A stretch of 64,000 bases of DNA from Paramecium tetraurelia (GCA_000165425.1 CT868027.1:62001-126000); one strand, 5' to 3'; shown: positions 28,754 through 43,126, counted from the first letter of the stretch. Program-made: numbers and translations. Notes: generated by a model from the letters alone, not told the origin.

Positions 28754-29659
28754 ATGAGTGATCACTCTTAATTATTTTATAATAAAGATGACAATACAGA
28801 TGACTTATTGTTATCACAATTTTCATATGAATCCTAATTCAGAAGCTAGGAATCATTGCCCTAAAGGAAGAAACGATAAAATCAATAAGCAAAATAAAAT
28901 CAAGTGATTCAAGAAGAAAATTCGAATTCATATATCATTGAAGATCAACAACACTCGTATTTAAAATCTCAACAGGAATCAAAGGAGGTTCAGCTCTTAA
29001 AATTGGCTTCTCATTTGAGATAACTCTTATAAAAATAACAATAGGAATTTTACGAAAAGGAACTTGGTTTTCAATAAAAACTATTAACTGTATAATAACA
29101 ACATGATAGTATGATTTCATTAATGAAAACCAAATATCAAATTATTATAGAAGAACTGTAATAAAAACTATCCATGTAACAAACAGAAAATGCAAATTTG
29201 AAATAATAAATATTCTAACTATAAGAGTAGTAACAAAATCAAGTGACTCAAAGAATTCATAAATCAAGTGGAACTGAAGCAAGCAAGGATGCAAATTGCT
29301 TTTTTACTTAGAGATAAACTCATCAGAACTCAAAATTGAATGATTACTATCAACCAGAACATGATGAGGATAAATTGCTCCAATTATACAAATAAGAAAT
29401 AGATAAGGTAAAATAATAGACTGCTGAATTCGAGAGAAAGTTTCAGAATGAAAAATAATCAATAAAACAAGAGATTAGTGCATTGAGAAACCAAAAACTA
29501 ATGCTTTAGACATTAATTACAAATAAATAAGTAACCAATCAAAGTACAGATAAACCTTACTCTCAAGGTATGAATTCAGAGCACAAAACCAATAAATCCA
29601 AAAGAGATAGTTAATCTAGAGCCTACAGTCATGTTTCTAAGAAGTCTTTTGATTTTTGA
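28754..29659 (+). CDS. Gln-rich coiled-coil hypothetical protein
   Basis: 906-nt intronless code-6 ORF, MSDHSQLFYNKDD...SKKSFDF*. Confidence 0.75.
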
Positions 29660-29711
29660 ATAATTACTATGTGATTTTATGTTATAAAGTAATAATTTTA
29701 CTTTTATAATT

Positions 29712-31807
29712 ATGGATTAGGGCGTTAGTCAAGGATTCTCTTTAAGAAAGATTTGTAAACAACGACTCAAGGGATTGTTTGTGTCACTGATTTAAACGAA
29801 TCCAAATGTTTAGAATTACTTTTTGATTGTGGATCAGAAAACAGTGAAAGTTGTATCTGCTTACATGAAAATGGCTGAGTACTTTATCTTTTTAGATGTT
29901 TAGATTGATGGAATTGGGAGTGAGTGCTGTTGAAAAACTGGAATTAGGCAGAAAGCCTTTTCCAAAATTACATGCTATTTATTTTATTTCACCAACATAA
30001 GATTCAATTCAAAGAGTTTTGGATGATTTTAAAGATAAAAAAAATCCACAATATGGGGTTGTTCATTTATTTTTATCCAATGAAATTGATTAAGGATTAA
30101 TGCAAAAAATTGCTTAATGTATGGAATGCATATATAAAATATAGGTAATTCATTGATAACCAAAATTGCCTCTTTCAAAATTGTGAATTTAGATTTTGCT
30201 TGCACATCTGATTAAGTGTTCACCATTGAAACACCAGAAATGTTGACTAAAGCCTATACCTCTTAAAGTAAATAAATTGCTGATACATTTTTAGATGTGT
30301 AATAATTATTAAAAGAAGCATCGTACAAATTGGCTACCCTCCTCATATCCTTTAACAAATTTTACTCTTTTGAATTTCTATATAACTAAGCAGAAAATAA
30401 ATTGTCAGAATAAATCGCCAAATTGGCAGCAGCAAGATTACAAGAATTATTAGCTTCTTTTGTTAAACAAAAAAATGAATAGTATGATAATATTGAAAAA
30501 GAAGCTGGGAAAATAACTGTGATGATAATAGATCGATCATATGATGTAGCCACTCCTTTGTTACATGACTTTTATTATCAATCCATGATCTATGATCTAT
30601 TAGATATAACAAATGACATATATGAAACTGAAGTTGAAGCTGGTGGAAAATAAATAAAATAGAAAGTGATATTCAACGAAAATGATGATTTATTCAATAG
30701 ATATAAGTACTATAATCTTCATTTATTCAAGATATCGACACATTATATAAGTGCTAGAAGGAATACCTGTTGAATTTAGAGAATTCATCAATAACAATAC
30801 AACTGCCAAGGTTTAGCAAGGATAAATGAACAATTTGGACCTCAATCAGATGTCAGAGATTGTCAAGACATTGCCTTAATATAATGAATTGTTGGGAAAA
30901 TATACCTTACACATGGTATGATATTTAAAATCGAATTTAGAAACTAATAGAGAAAAGTTGGTCTATTTTTGAAAATAAGGGTCTAAAGGAGATAGGAGAA
31001 ATCGAGTAAGGCTTAATTACTGGCATTGATGGAGCTGGAAAAAGTATTTCAACTACCAAAATTTAAAGTGCTGTTGCCACTAAATTAATGAGTGAAACTC
31101 TGGATGAGTATGATAAATTAAGATTAATCTTATTAAGTAAGTCATAAAATAAAGTTTTAGCCTCTATTGGTTTGGAAATGTCAGAAAAAGACAGAAAGAT
31201 ATTAACTGATAAAATTAAAGTTGAACATCAACAAGCAATCTTAAATTTAATTTATTTAGGTGTCAATCCATAAAAAGGTGGTCAGAAAAAGGTACAATTT
31301 ATATTATTAATCGTTAGTCTAAATCATCTAATAGAATAAATGATGATTTAAAAAAATAAGCCAAGCACAAATTGGCAAGTGCTTGTACAGAATTATCAAG
31401 AAATACTCCATTAATTGAAACCTTAGTGGAAGGCTTTGTTGAATCTAATTACAAAAAACCTTAGAAATTTGATTCTATAATAATAAATGAAGACGGTGCA
31501 GGAAGTAAAGGCAATGGAAAATCAATTAGAAAAGGAGGACAATTGGCTAGGATGATGCAAAACGAAGATAGTGATGACACCATTAATTACACTCCTAAAT
31601 TAGTATACTTGTTTGATTATCAATAGATTATTTTTGTGGTTGGAGGCATTAGTTACTCTGAGATAAGAAGTATCTTAAGTAATCAAAAAATCACCAGTTC
31701 ATAAATTACTGTAAGATTATTCATAATTATGTAAGTTGGTTGGTTCAACTAACATAGTAAAACCAAAGGACTTTTGTTAAGGACTATTAGGCATGAAGAC
31801 TATTTGA
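29712..31807 (+). CDS. SEC1: Sec1/Munc18 (SM) family protein
   Basis: RKPFPKLHAIYFISP, IIDRSYDVATPLLHDFYYQSM, YDKLRLI and IFVVGGISYSE motifs; nine introns give 623 codons. Confidence 0.93.
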
Positions 31808-31848
31808 ATAATATATTTATTAAATATATATATGCATATTTATCCTAC

Positions 31849-32918
31849 TCATTTGTATATAGGTGATCCTCTTGGCTTAGTTTGCTAGAAGTAGTTGATA
31901 GATTTGATACATTGTTATTAGAATTTTAATCCTTGTCTTTTTCAAATTCATCGTGGACCCATTTTGAATGATTTTGATAATTTCTCTAATCTTATAGTCT
32001 TCTAAATAAATATACTTCGATCATCTCCTTTTTGATCTCTGTCTTTATTATTTCTATCCCTATCGTTGTATCTATTTCTATATTTGTCTCTATTGAAACT
32101 ATTATTCCTATCATTCCTATCATTCCTGTCATTCATATCATTTCTTTGGTTTCTATCGTAATCACGTCTATCTCTTTTATCATATCTTCTTTAATTAGAA
32201 TTGTTAAATCTTCTATAGTTTCCTTGACTATAGTTTCTTCTTTCAACCTTATTAAATCTAAGAATTAATAATCATACTTATTAATCTTCTGCTTTTTTTT
32301 CTAAATTGACATTCATATCATTATTTGCTTATCCTTGCTCTTAAGCTTTATTTGCTTGGGATCTTTGTTTTTTTTTCATGATGGATTAATCAATTCTAAA
32401 ATTAATAAGAGTTTGAAGAAATACCTTTTCAGATAAGAATTGGCTTAACTAAAATCTTCATTCTTCCAACCACTTATTAATATCAAAACTAAACTTACAA
32501 AAGGCAACTATTCATGTGGCCCCTTCCTTTTTTTATAATGTTTGGATCATCCTTCGGTTAAGATTTAGAATGAGACTTCGATTTCTATTTAGATTTGGAT
32601 CTCGATCTTTAAGTTCTAAACAATCACAATTAAATACAACTTTTAAGATGCCACAATATCTAAATTCACAAAGTTTGAATTACTTTATGAATTCTTTTCC
32701 TTCCTTTCTTTCTTGTCTTTTTTCTGTTTCTTTTTCTTGTCTCCTAACAAATTAACCCAGAAATATACTTCTGGAACTACTTGATGAACTTGAATTCTTC
32801 CTATGATCTCTTTTGGCTTTTTACCTTAATAAATTAAAATAACTATTACTTGGAGGATCTATCAGATGATCTTGAGTCGGACCTTGTTTTGGTACTTATA
32901 CACAATATACCTTTTCAT
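31849..32918 (-). CDS. RS/RD-rich low-complexity protein with KKGRG and C-terminal WVHDEF motif
   Basis: MKRSDSRSSDRSS..., RSRSKSK, NDRNDR repeats, SKWVHDEFEK; many tiny introns; TGA at 31849-31851. Confidence 0.65.
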
Positions 32919-33713
32919 AATAGAGCAATTAATAAATGAATAAAATATTAATTTATTTGTATTATTATGTTAGAAACCTTTCAATAGAAATTGAAAACTG
33001 GATTTTGAATTATATGAACAAACTTAATGAATTTTTATCGTTAATCAAATGGATTCTATATAAATCAGAGTCATTCTTGGAGGTCATTCAAAAAATTTAC
33101 ATACATTTTTTGATCTCTATTTATTTTTAAATATACTGGATAAGGAATGCCCTAACTAGGTGGAATAGAATTTCAAAAATAATTCATTATTATTATACTT
33201 GTGATAAAATAGAAATGTGACATATAATTTTAATAGATTTTAAAACCATCATATATTGGTTGTAATTTCGATTGATTTTTATATTGACGGATTCTATCCA
33301 ATTATTTTAGGAATAACATTTTTTCCTAAAAATATGTAGTTAGAAGAATTCTTAATGAGGAAGTATTTCATAATATTAATTTCGTTTCAGTTAATTTTAG
33401 GATTATAAGAGTTCTAGAAGTAACAATATTTGAATCTCATCCTTTACTTTAATAATGCTTTTTTGCATCGTTGGTTTATTCTAGAAAAAAGAATTCAAAA
33501 GATTGAACAGAGGCTAGAGAATTACCTTCTTACTTATAAAAAAATGTTTTCAATTAATTTAATGATTTAACTAATTTCTAAATAAGTTAATTATTCAAGC
33601 TTTGTTTTACTCCTTTTTTTTTGTTGTTGATAAATTTGTACTTTTGTTTCATTCTGTATGTGAATTTTAATCTCATATAAAAAATTTATTTTGGATTTAA
33701 TTTAAAGTTTATA

Positions 33714-35092
33714 ATGAAAGAAGATCGAAAATAATAAAAAAACAATCAAGGATTGTACTAATGGGTTGTTCTTACAAGTTTTTGCTTGAATTCGTATCAA
33801 AGAATATATATTTTAGAATATCAAATATATTTATGTTTACAGGGTTAACACCAATTTGGTCTGAAGTGGCCATATATTATGGCACTACTGACTATGATTT
33901 AAATTGGTTTACAAACATGTACTACATTACTTTAATAATATTTTCCTACTTATTCAATCCTATCATCATTAAATACTTCGGAATCTCATAATTATTAAGC
34001 TGTTGCCTAACATCATTAGGACTTTGGCTGCTATATTATGTGAAACATAATTATTAGTTGGGACTTTTATGCTTTGGATTAATAGGCTTAGGAGAAGCCT
34101 TCTATTTCTAAGTCCCTTTGTGTAATAAATATATATAAAAATAGATTTATCCAAGCTTTGGTTCGCACATGATCAAAGAATTATATCAACATTTATTGCC
34201 TAATATTCGAATAATATAGGAATGCTATTAGGATATACAGTTTCATCCGTTTATTTTAATGATGTAACACTTATATTAATTAAGAAAGATTGATGAAAGT
34301 GAATTCGACTAGCGATTTGAAAATTTGATTTTATTTAATGCAATTTTAGCTACGATTGTTTTGGGATGTAATTTTACAACTTTAAAATCCCCTTCAATCC
34401 ATCTTGATATTATTGAAATCAGACTTTCTATTTGGGAATCTATAAAAAAAATTATAATGGCTGAAGAAGCTATATTTGATTTTTTGTCTATTTCTTCATG
34501 TAGATAATCTTAATATTCTTAGTTATAGGATTAAGTTGGTGCTACACAATACTATTTGGAACTCAATAATATTAATTGGGCTAAACTTATTTTTAAGTTA
34601 CTTAAACTAATATATACTTCTAAGTTGGGTAAATAGCGGCTGCTGCTTACTGTACATGGTAATTATAACGGTAGTCCAAAGCTGGAATTCAATAAGATTA
34701 TGATAAATAGATAAAAACTGTTATTAGTTTAGGATTTTGGATGCTAGTTTTCGAAATAATTTTATTTGAATATATCCCTTTCGTAATTTTAGTTTTCATC
34801 AATTTCTTTATTGGAGCAGGCCTAGGAGGATTATATTCAGTATTTTTGGAATCCTTAATGGAGAAGCATTTTCCAGTCTAAGAATTGGCAATTGGTTCTA
34901 TTTTTGCTTCCATTTCTAGTGTAATCAATATTCATTATTTAGACTGTTTCTCTCACAATAACAATGACATTAGTAATCCCTAAATTTCTAAAGTATGGAT
35001 TTCAAATATCTTGTTATCTGATGATTATACCGTTTAGCTACATAGTTTTATTCTACAAGACTCAATTTCGAAGATTTGAAGCCGAAGCTTGA
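33714..35092 (+). CDS. MFS transporter, FLVCR/SLC49-like
   Basis: QWVVLTSFCLNS..., YYGTTDYDLNWFTNMY, LSKLWFAHDQR, EKHFPVQE, KTQFRRF; five introns give 421 codons. Confidence 0.8.
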
Positions 35093-35664
35093 ATTAATCA
35101 TTTGTACCTAGAATTATATAATTTATATAAAAATAAAGTCGCATTATTTAAAAGTCTCTATATGGTAATACTGTAAATTTTTTTCATTCTATTGTTGAAT
35201 CTCTATTCATTTTGTCTCTCAAATTACTTTATTTTTATCTGAAGAAAATTTCCTATCTAAAATCCTAATTTTATTTTTTTTAGTTCTTATCAAGTACTTT
35301 TAGCGTTTTATTTAATCCTTTTTATAATTATATTTGTTATAGAAATTGACTAAATTTTTATTGTTGCTCTTTTCTTATTTTCCTATAATATTATTTGAAT
35401 TGGTTAAAGAATTATGTTGTATGAATTGTTAATATAAAATGTAATATCTTTTGATTTCATAAAGAATTTGACATAATTATAATCCTGATTTGTGAAATCC
35501 AATCTTTACCACATTATTAATTGACTTATTACTTATTCTTTGTTAAGGGAATATTTTAGTATAGATTTAATTTTAAGATTAATGATTTTTATAGATACAC
35601 AAAATAGACAAAATAAGTAGATAAAACAATAAATATGTGTTTAAATATAGTTTATTAAGAGAAC

Positions 35665-36737
35665 TCATTTATCTTATTATAAATAAGTCATTCTTTAAGT
35701 GGCACGACATGCTTCGAGTTCAGCTTATGCGAAACATAATTATTCTTGAGCTTTATGATATTTTTCATTTAAATCTTAGAAATTTCTTCTCCAATCTAAG
35801 TTTTCATTGTGGTATGAATCTTATAATTCTTAATTTTTGAGCAAAATGATTCTGTTTAATCTATCAATTTCTTTGTAGCCTTGCTCTAGAGCCAATTTTT
35901 AATTTCGATTTTCCTCATTTAATTACCTATTAAATTAAGTGACTTATTATAATTCATTATAAATATTCTCGACTTGTTTGTTTTACTATTACATGGAATT
36001 ATCTTTGTCTCTAAAATTTATTTGAATAATACTCTAAAATTTAAGTTAGAACATTTATTTAGCTCACTAATTAATCAATGTTTTTTTCTTGTTCTCTCAG
36101 TTTACCAGTTGGACCAATGTTCTCTCTTTATGTTGACTAAGTCATCTATAATTATTCTTGCAAATAAAAGATAGTTTTTTATTTGGTAATTAATTCATTT
36201 CGCAAATCTTCGACTAATTTCTAAATTGCTATCAGCTCTTAAGCTAATTGTTTTTAATCATTCTATCTTAAAATCTGCTCATTATCGTTGTATCTAATTA
36301 ATTAATAATTGTGAAGTCTTTCAATTTCCATACTCATTGCAACAACTTTGTCATTAGACTCTTTCAAAAGGTTCTAATGATAGATGCTATTTTCTCTGAA
36401 TTTAATTTCAAGTTCTTAGGATCTAAATTTATAATCTTCATTTTGCTGCCTTAGCATGTTGATATCATTGATAAATAGTTATTCATTTTGCACTATTAAT
36501 GAATTTGCAATGGTTACCTCTCTAATTGATTTCGCATTGCAACTACAGCTCCAATTAAGATGATCTCTATCTTTCCTATTAGATCTCATAACGCAAGTAT
36601 TAAACTTCTGCTTTTTCTTAACAGGGTTGGAGAACCTGATTTTCTAATTAGTCAGTTTTAAAAGTAAGATTTGGTGAGAATGGTCTGATTTAACTATTGA
36701 GTGCAGGTGTATTTCCTTTTCTCATGGATCTACTCAT
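35665..36737 (-). CDS. Coiled-coil hypothetical protein
   Basis: MSRSMRKGNTPALNSQIRPFSPN...YLQQDK*; Q/E/L heptads; at least one 25-nt intron. Confidence 0.7.
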
Positions 36738-36935
36738 TTTAACAGTTAAATATAAATTAATATTAAAAAATCTATATAAGTTTCAATAATGGGAAAAGGG
36801 AGAATTAATTCAATTGATGAAATCGAGAGAACATTGTATAAATAATATTGATTTAAACAATTTAGATTGGTTTACAAATCGAAATCTGAATTGATTATAA
36901 GTAAATAATTAAAAAAAAATTATATTAAAAAAACA

Positions 36936-37285
36936 ATGAGTAATGGATCTGTGAAAGACATTTTGAAGGATAAAAAGAAGGTCAGATTTGTTGCTGAGAG
37001 TGCTTTTAAGCAAGTTGATAAAGATGGTAAGTCATAAGAATTTATAAATTAAAGGTAGTGGCTATCTTGAAAGACCAGAACTTGAGGAGGTGATGAATAA
37101 TGTAGCAGCAGATTTGGGAGTCGAAGTAATTATTATGACTATTAAAATTGTAGCCTCCAACAAGTGAGGAAATAGATGAAGTACTAAAAGAATTAGATGA
37201 GAATGGGGATGGAAAATTGTCAATTGATGAATTTTAAGTTTTAATCGAATAGGTTCTAGAGATGATGGCAAAGGTCGAAGGTTGA
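36936..37285 (+). CDS. Small two-EF-hand Ca2+-binding protein (97 aa)
   Basis: Canonical loops DKDGSGYLERPE and DENGDGKLSIDE; two 28-nt introns. Confidence 0.9.
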
Positions 37286-37546
37286 TTTAAATTAAGATGC
37301 ACATTTCTTATTAATTTTAACATTCATAGTACGTTTCTCAAAATATACATATGCATTTCGATAAGCAATATTTTATAAGTGTTTTGTATGTATTTTAAAA
37401 TGATGTTATTAAAGATTAAAAACAAATTTTTTCTCAATTAATTTGATTGAATTAAATTTTATTTCTGTATGATACTATCAATATTTGGCGTATAAATATA
37501 AATCTTTTCAAGAAAGATCTTAATAATTTAATTAAGTAATTTGAAT

Positions 37547-38246
37547 ATGTCCTTTTATCCTGGCTACAGATATCCATATGCAGCACCTCTCACATCATCA
37601 TTTGCTGCCCCATTGACATATGCTCCCCAAGTATCATATGCTCCCCCCGTGTAATATGCTCCCCAAGTCTCATATGCTCCTCCAGTGTCATATGCAGCCC
37701 CAGTGCAATACGCAAGACCAGTCACTCAATCATACGTTTAACCAGTTTTACAACAATCTGTGATCGCATAACCAGTCGTTGCTCAACCAGTCTAACAACC
37801 AATCAAAGGAGAATCAAGAGTCGAATACAGAGAATACTAAAGACCCGTTGTAGAAATGGAAACTGAGACTGTTTAAGTCTAAGTCCCAAAAACAAAATAT
37901 GTTACAGATTACTATCCTGTTGAATACCAAACAGAATACATTCCTAGAACTGTATACGAGTAATAAACAGAATATGTCCCTGTAACAAAAACAGTCCCAA
38001 GAGTCGAATACGAAGCTTTCGAGAGAGAAGTTTAAAGAGTATAAACTAGTGTTATGTATATAGGCTCAACCAGTCGTTGTTTAATAACCAGTTGTTCAAT
38101 CTGTTGTGTAATAACCTGTTGTCTAACAGCCATTGTCATATTCATTGGTAAGACCAGCACCAACCTATGCTGCTCCAGTGGCTTATTCAAGTGTAGCTCC
38201 AGTGGGCGCTTATCCAAGCTATTATGGTGGATATAGACCTTATTGA
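37547..38246 (+). CDS. Epiplasmin (cortical membrane-skeleton protein), 224 aa
   Basis: Y/P-rich ends, QPV repeats, central KGESRVEY...VTDYYPVEYQTEYIP...TEYVPV; 25-nt intron at ~38039-38063. Confidence 0.9.
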
Positions 38247-39402
38247 GATTATTCAAATTCAACATTATAAATGCCCAACAAAAATTTATTCATCCACTTC
38301 CTTCTAGAAGCTGCTCCTTTTTATCATAAAATCTCTCCTCTAAACCCCATGATAAAATATAGCAGACTTATCATCACATCAACAAAATGTGGCTTAATTT
38401 TATTTTATGATAGCCAATAATCATTATTTTATGTTTTTTCGGCCATGGAATTACCCCTGAGAATTTCTTAGATTTATTTGAAAACCTCAAGAGTTAGGCC
38501 TACCTCCTTAAAGCATATATAAATTACGCAATTTTGAATCCACAAATGATGCTTATTTTTAGGTTGCTTTGAACTCTGGTATTATGAGAACGATGAAACA
38601 TTTAATAGGCTAAAAGTACTTGGAAATACAACTAGAAAGGAACTCAATATTATTCATTAGGAAAGGAGAGAAAAGTCAACGATATTTTATTAAGTAAGAA
38701 TTCAAGGCATTTCCTATAAAATTGATGAATTATATAGGATAATCTAAACAAAAGAAACATTATTTCAGGTTTGGAATATTTTCAAGCATGAACATCAAGA
38801 ATATTTGAATTTCCTTGTTAGATTTAACCTACTCTGATAAATGGAGGAAATAAATTATAGTAATGATGTCTTTATCAAAATAGTCATTTAATTATCATAC
38901 CATAATAAAAGCAAAAAACTTTAGGTTTATCAAAGAAATTCTAAGCTTTCTGAAGGATGCTAACTAAATATAAACGGAAAAATAATATTTACATAAAATG
39001 CCACCAATCACTTTATTATTATTTATTAAACAAAACGAAAGTTGGCATCGGTTTCAATAATTCCACGAAGTAATATCGACCTTTTATGAATTGATTGTAT
39101 TTTTATTTAGCACAAAGTGTTCAATATAAATGCATAAAATATTAAGGAATATTGACAAAACTTAATAAATAAAATTTATTAATATCAAAAATATTAATTA
39201 TATTTTATTTCATTTATTTCTGTTTAATAAAAGTTGTAGTTATCTAAAATCAATATAATTATTTTGCGGTAATTCTATAAAAAAATTTTAGGTTCATAAA
39301 TTCATAACAATAAAAAGGAGAATTCAGAATTCAAACGTTGAGATCGAAATACAATTTATAATTTAGAATTTGTCTAGGGGATAATATATATTTATTTTGA
39401 AA

Positions 39403-40786
39403 TCATTATTGTTTGAATACAAACTCCCATTTCTTCAATTATTATTTATCTTATGGGGGCTTCTCTGCGAATTTGGCACTATTAGTAGATTCCACTAAGG
39501 AAACATCATTAATGGATATTCTAGACAAAATACTAATTGTTTCATCAGGTAAAGGTTATTGTTATTGGAAATGTAATGTTTAGCTTCGATTAATCATTTT
39601 AAAACTGTCCTTCTTGCCACTATTGCTTATACTATTTGTTTTATTGTGAGATAGATTTAGTTATTATTGTTTGGATGCTAATGGTTATTATTATTATTAT
39701 TATTCTTATGAAATGAAACTGGAACTTAATTATGGTAATTCTTTCAGAAAGGAATCATCTATGTTAAATTGACCATTTAATTTTTATAGTTGTTATTTAA
39801 TCCAAAAAATACTTTTCCCACCTTGTTAGGGCAATCGAATAATATCAGGGTTGAAAGAGTCAGAACCATTGTTCAACGATTAAAAAAAATGATTCAATAT
39901 AGAAATTAATGTACTTAAGGTATCCTGTAAAGAGCATACTTCATCAATTAGGCCTTTTCTTGTAGAGACCCATGTGTCAAAACCATTCTATTATGATATC
40001 TAGGTTTTCAATGGGATTACGTCATATTTATTAGCATAATTGATTCTATCTTTGCTTCTTAACTATGTGTTATTGTATTATACAAACCTAATCTTTCATT
40101 TTTAAAAATTCCAATTCTTTTTTTTTGAACTCACTCTGCATCAATTGCACTTTGTTTTGAATTTTAATAACTTTTTAATTCAATTCTTCCTGTCTATTAG
40201 GTTAATTAATACCTTTTCTGAGAGAAGTTTATCATTTACGAGTTTATTGGATTTATTCAAAGAAGTAATTTAGTTTTCAAGTTACCCAATTTGTTTTATT
40301 CTATTCAAATATATGAAATAGAATTCTACTTTTAATCTATTTCTTCTTACAATCGTTTAGCCTTAACCTTTAAGGATTCGTTGTCACTTCTGATTTTGAA
40401 AAATTCATCTTCATGATTGTTAAGGTTTTTCATTGTGGCTGATTTAAATATAAAAACCGCATGTATTATTTCATACACTTTTGACAAGTATAAGGGTATG
40501 TTAAAATTATCCTCTGGAAAAACAGGCATTTCTATAAAATGAATTATTTTTGAAAAGTACATTGCTAGTTTAAAATTCCATTAAATTATTATAGCATCTG
40601 CATCCATTCTAAAACATTAATTAAGATTATACTTTTAGTTTCACATACCATGCAAGATTCCGATATTTTACATTCGCATCTATAATCCTCTATCTCATCA
40701 ACCATTTTTTCAAGGAAGCTTGACATCTGAACTTTCTCCGAAAAGATGATCTTAATTAAATTTGAAATTCTATACACTCTACTCAT
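39403..40786 (-). CDS. Coiled-coil protein, possibly SSX2IP/ADIP-like
   Basis: Several tiny introns; QSEFKKKELEFLKMKDQL resembles the ADIP-domain end; poly-Q encoded by TAA runs; start codon uncertain. Confidence 0.6.
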
Positions 40787-41199
40787 ATGTGTTCGAAAAC
40801 ATTATTAATTAAATTATTTAATATATGTTAATCAATAAATACTATTTCAAACAAACTTTAATTATAGAAATCCATAATACTTATAATTCTATAGAAAAAA
40901 ATAAGCTATTTTTACATGAATTTTCCCTCTTTTTTAAATTTAACACACATTATATAAAAAACCGCAAACTCAACTAAAAAATATGACAGACGCTTTTAAA
41001 ACAAATTCGATTTTTTAAATTCCGAATGATGAGACTACTTATTAAAGGAGCATGCTTCCTTATTTATTTGTTTTTGGTTATAGATAATAAATAGATTTGG
41101 ATATCATTCATATTAGAAAAATTAAATCATTTTCAAAACTTAATCAAAAAATAAAAGAATGGATTCTGTTTGATTAATAGAACAAAATTATCAATGCAA

Positions 41200-42590
41200 T
41201 CATAGTTAATCATCTTCCTCAAATGCCATTTCCTGTTCAGCGACATCATTTTTGCAAATAGGGCATGTAGTCATTTGTTTAAACCATTTTGAAATGCATG
41301 TCTTATGAAATCTATGTATGCAAGGAAGTAGAATTAATTCTTCTCCATCTTCATAATCAGTTAAACATATTGTGCATTATTTATATTCTTGAGCAAGACC
41401 ATCGTATGGTACATATTTGATAACAGCTAAATTTGTTAATTCTTAAGGAACTTGATGTAAGAATGAAGAATTCCTATAATAATAATTGAAATTACGTCAT
41501 TGGCATGAAAATGTTATTTCTTAACCTCGGTTAATTAGAAAAGACATTTGTATTAAAAACTTAATCAAAAAAAGAAACTAGATTTCCACCTTAATTTTAG
41601 CTTTAAAATGATCCACCAAATGGCACTTATGGAAATTATTATGGATATTATTATTATTACAATTATTATGGCATATGAACTGTTTCAGTTCTAGTTCTAA
41701 CCTCTCCTGTAACAAAATTTGTAGTAGTGATTGACTTTAAAATCGATCCATCAGGCAGAATTTCTTCTCGAATTTATGTAATATAATTAGAGTTTTCATT
41801 GTCAGATGAATCACTACTATCCTCATATTATTGTGGTTAATTCTAATCTTAATTAACTTCAGAATCTTAAGAGTCTTAATTATCTTAGAATTCTTAATTA
41901 TCTTGGGAGTCTTAATTATCTTGGGAGTCTTAATTATCTTGGGAGTCTTAATTATCTGATTCATCTTAAAAATCTTGTTGATTTTAAGCTTGATAATGAT
42001 TATTCTCATGCTAGTCTTCAGCTAAAGTTAAGGATTCAATCAGTATTTTAGCTTCGCATAAAGGATAATGTTATTCAAGAATTTAAATAGGGTATTCTTC
42101 ATCGCAGTATTCGCATTTCCTTTAAGCTTATTTCAACAATGATTCCGTATATAAATTGCTACTCTATTTATTAGATTGTTGTATTTCTTATTTGTTATTT
42201 TGTTAAGGAAAGTTAGAGTGACTGCGATTATTCATGGATTATTATTATTGTATTTTGCTTGGTTGTATTGAAGATTATATAAATGATTCTACAAACTGAT
42301 CAGGTTATCTTGATGAACTTTATTGATCATTTATTTCTTAATTTGTAACCTTCTGTTTTTATAATTGGGACTGATTTGATAACACAACCGATTTGATTTG
42401 CGAGTTAAAGTTGGGATGATTTGATGAATTGCATTCTAGAGTGTGGGCATACATCTAAATTACATGTATTCTTTCTTTGCAATACTTGCATTTCACGTGA
42501 TCTTGATTTTGCGTTTACATTGTATTCGTCACTTTATTTAATTACTTAGAAAATAGAAAGTATTAGATTTTACATCCTAAATTGTTTCAT
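41200..42590 (-). CDS. RING-H2 E3 ligase with two N-terminal C2HC zinc fingers and an acidic repeat
   Basis: [51 protein letters not shown] and CEYC..HYPLC; start may instead be 42520. Confidence 0.85.
41867..41956. repeat. 18-bp coding tandem repeat x5 (DNQDSQ-type) inside the RING-H2 gene
   Basis: TTGGGAGTCTTAATTATC perfect at 41903, 41921 and 41939; degenerate copies at 41867 and 41885. Confidence 0.9.
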
Positions 42591-42740
42591 AATAGAATTA
42601 ATTTGGTATGAGAGGTGTCTTATTTTGTGGAATCGATTATTAAAATTATATTGAAGATCTTTTTGGTTTTAATTGATAAAGAGAGCATATTGCCAATTTA
42701 TTTATAAATATTTCAGAATTCATCAATTAAATAAGCAAAG

Positions 42741-43126
42741 ATGGTTGAGAAATCTACAATGAGATGGTTATGTGCTGTTTGTACTTGCTGTTGCTGGCTT
42801 AATTATTATGGCTTTTTAAACAATTGTGTAAGAGGATGCTAAATTTGTATAGATGGTAAATTGATTAATTATTTCAAGTTTTTGATGCAACTGCTTCAGC
42901 TGTTTGGAAAGGGATATTTTGTATATTCATGTGTTGTTGTTTTGGGTTTGAATGTGTGGCATGTGTGTTGTGTATCTACTCATGCATTGAATTATTCAAC
43001 GATCCATGTTAAAGATATTAAGCTGAAGATTCATGGATCAATGCTTTTTGGCAGTTGGTATATCTAAAGGATCTAGAAATAGAAGGAACAGTTAGAGAGA
43101 AACTTAAGGAGATATTTGCTAAATGA
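42741..43126 (+). CDS. Small hydrophobic Cys-string protein (120 aa, 17 Cys)
   Basis: MVEKSTMRWLCAVCTCCCWL...IFCIFMCCCFGFECVACVLC...; one 23-nt intron. Confidence 0.8.

Noticed and set aside
32255..32310. Apparent frameshift at an A8 run in the RS-rich gene
   Set aside because: A 30-nt intron using the next AAG acceptor keeps the frame without any indel.
38270..39100. Possible gene (NNKVIGGIL, GNAT-like) between epiplasmin and the coiled-coil gene
   Set aside because: The frames tested are interrupted and the similarity is one short motif; at most an unidentifiable remnant.
41867..41956. 18-bp direct repeats as CRISPR-like or mobile-element repeats
   Set aside because: There are no spacers; it is an in-frame coding repeat in a eukaryotic RING gene.
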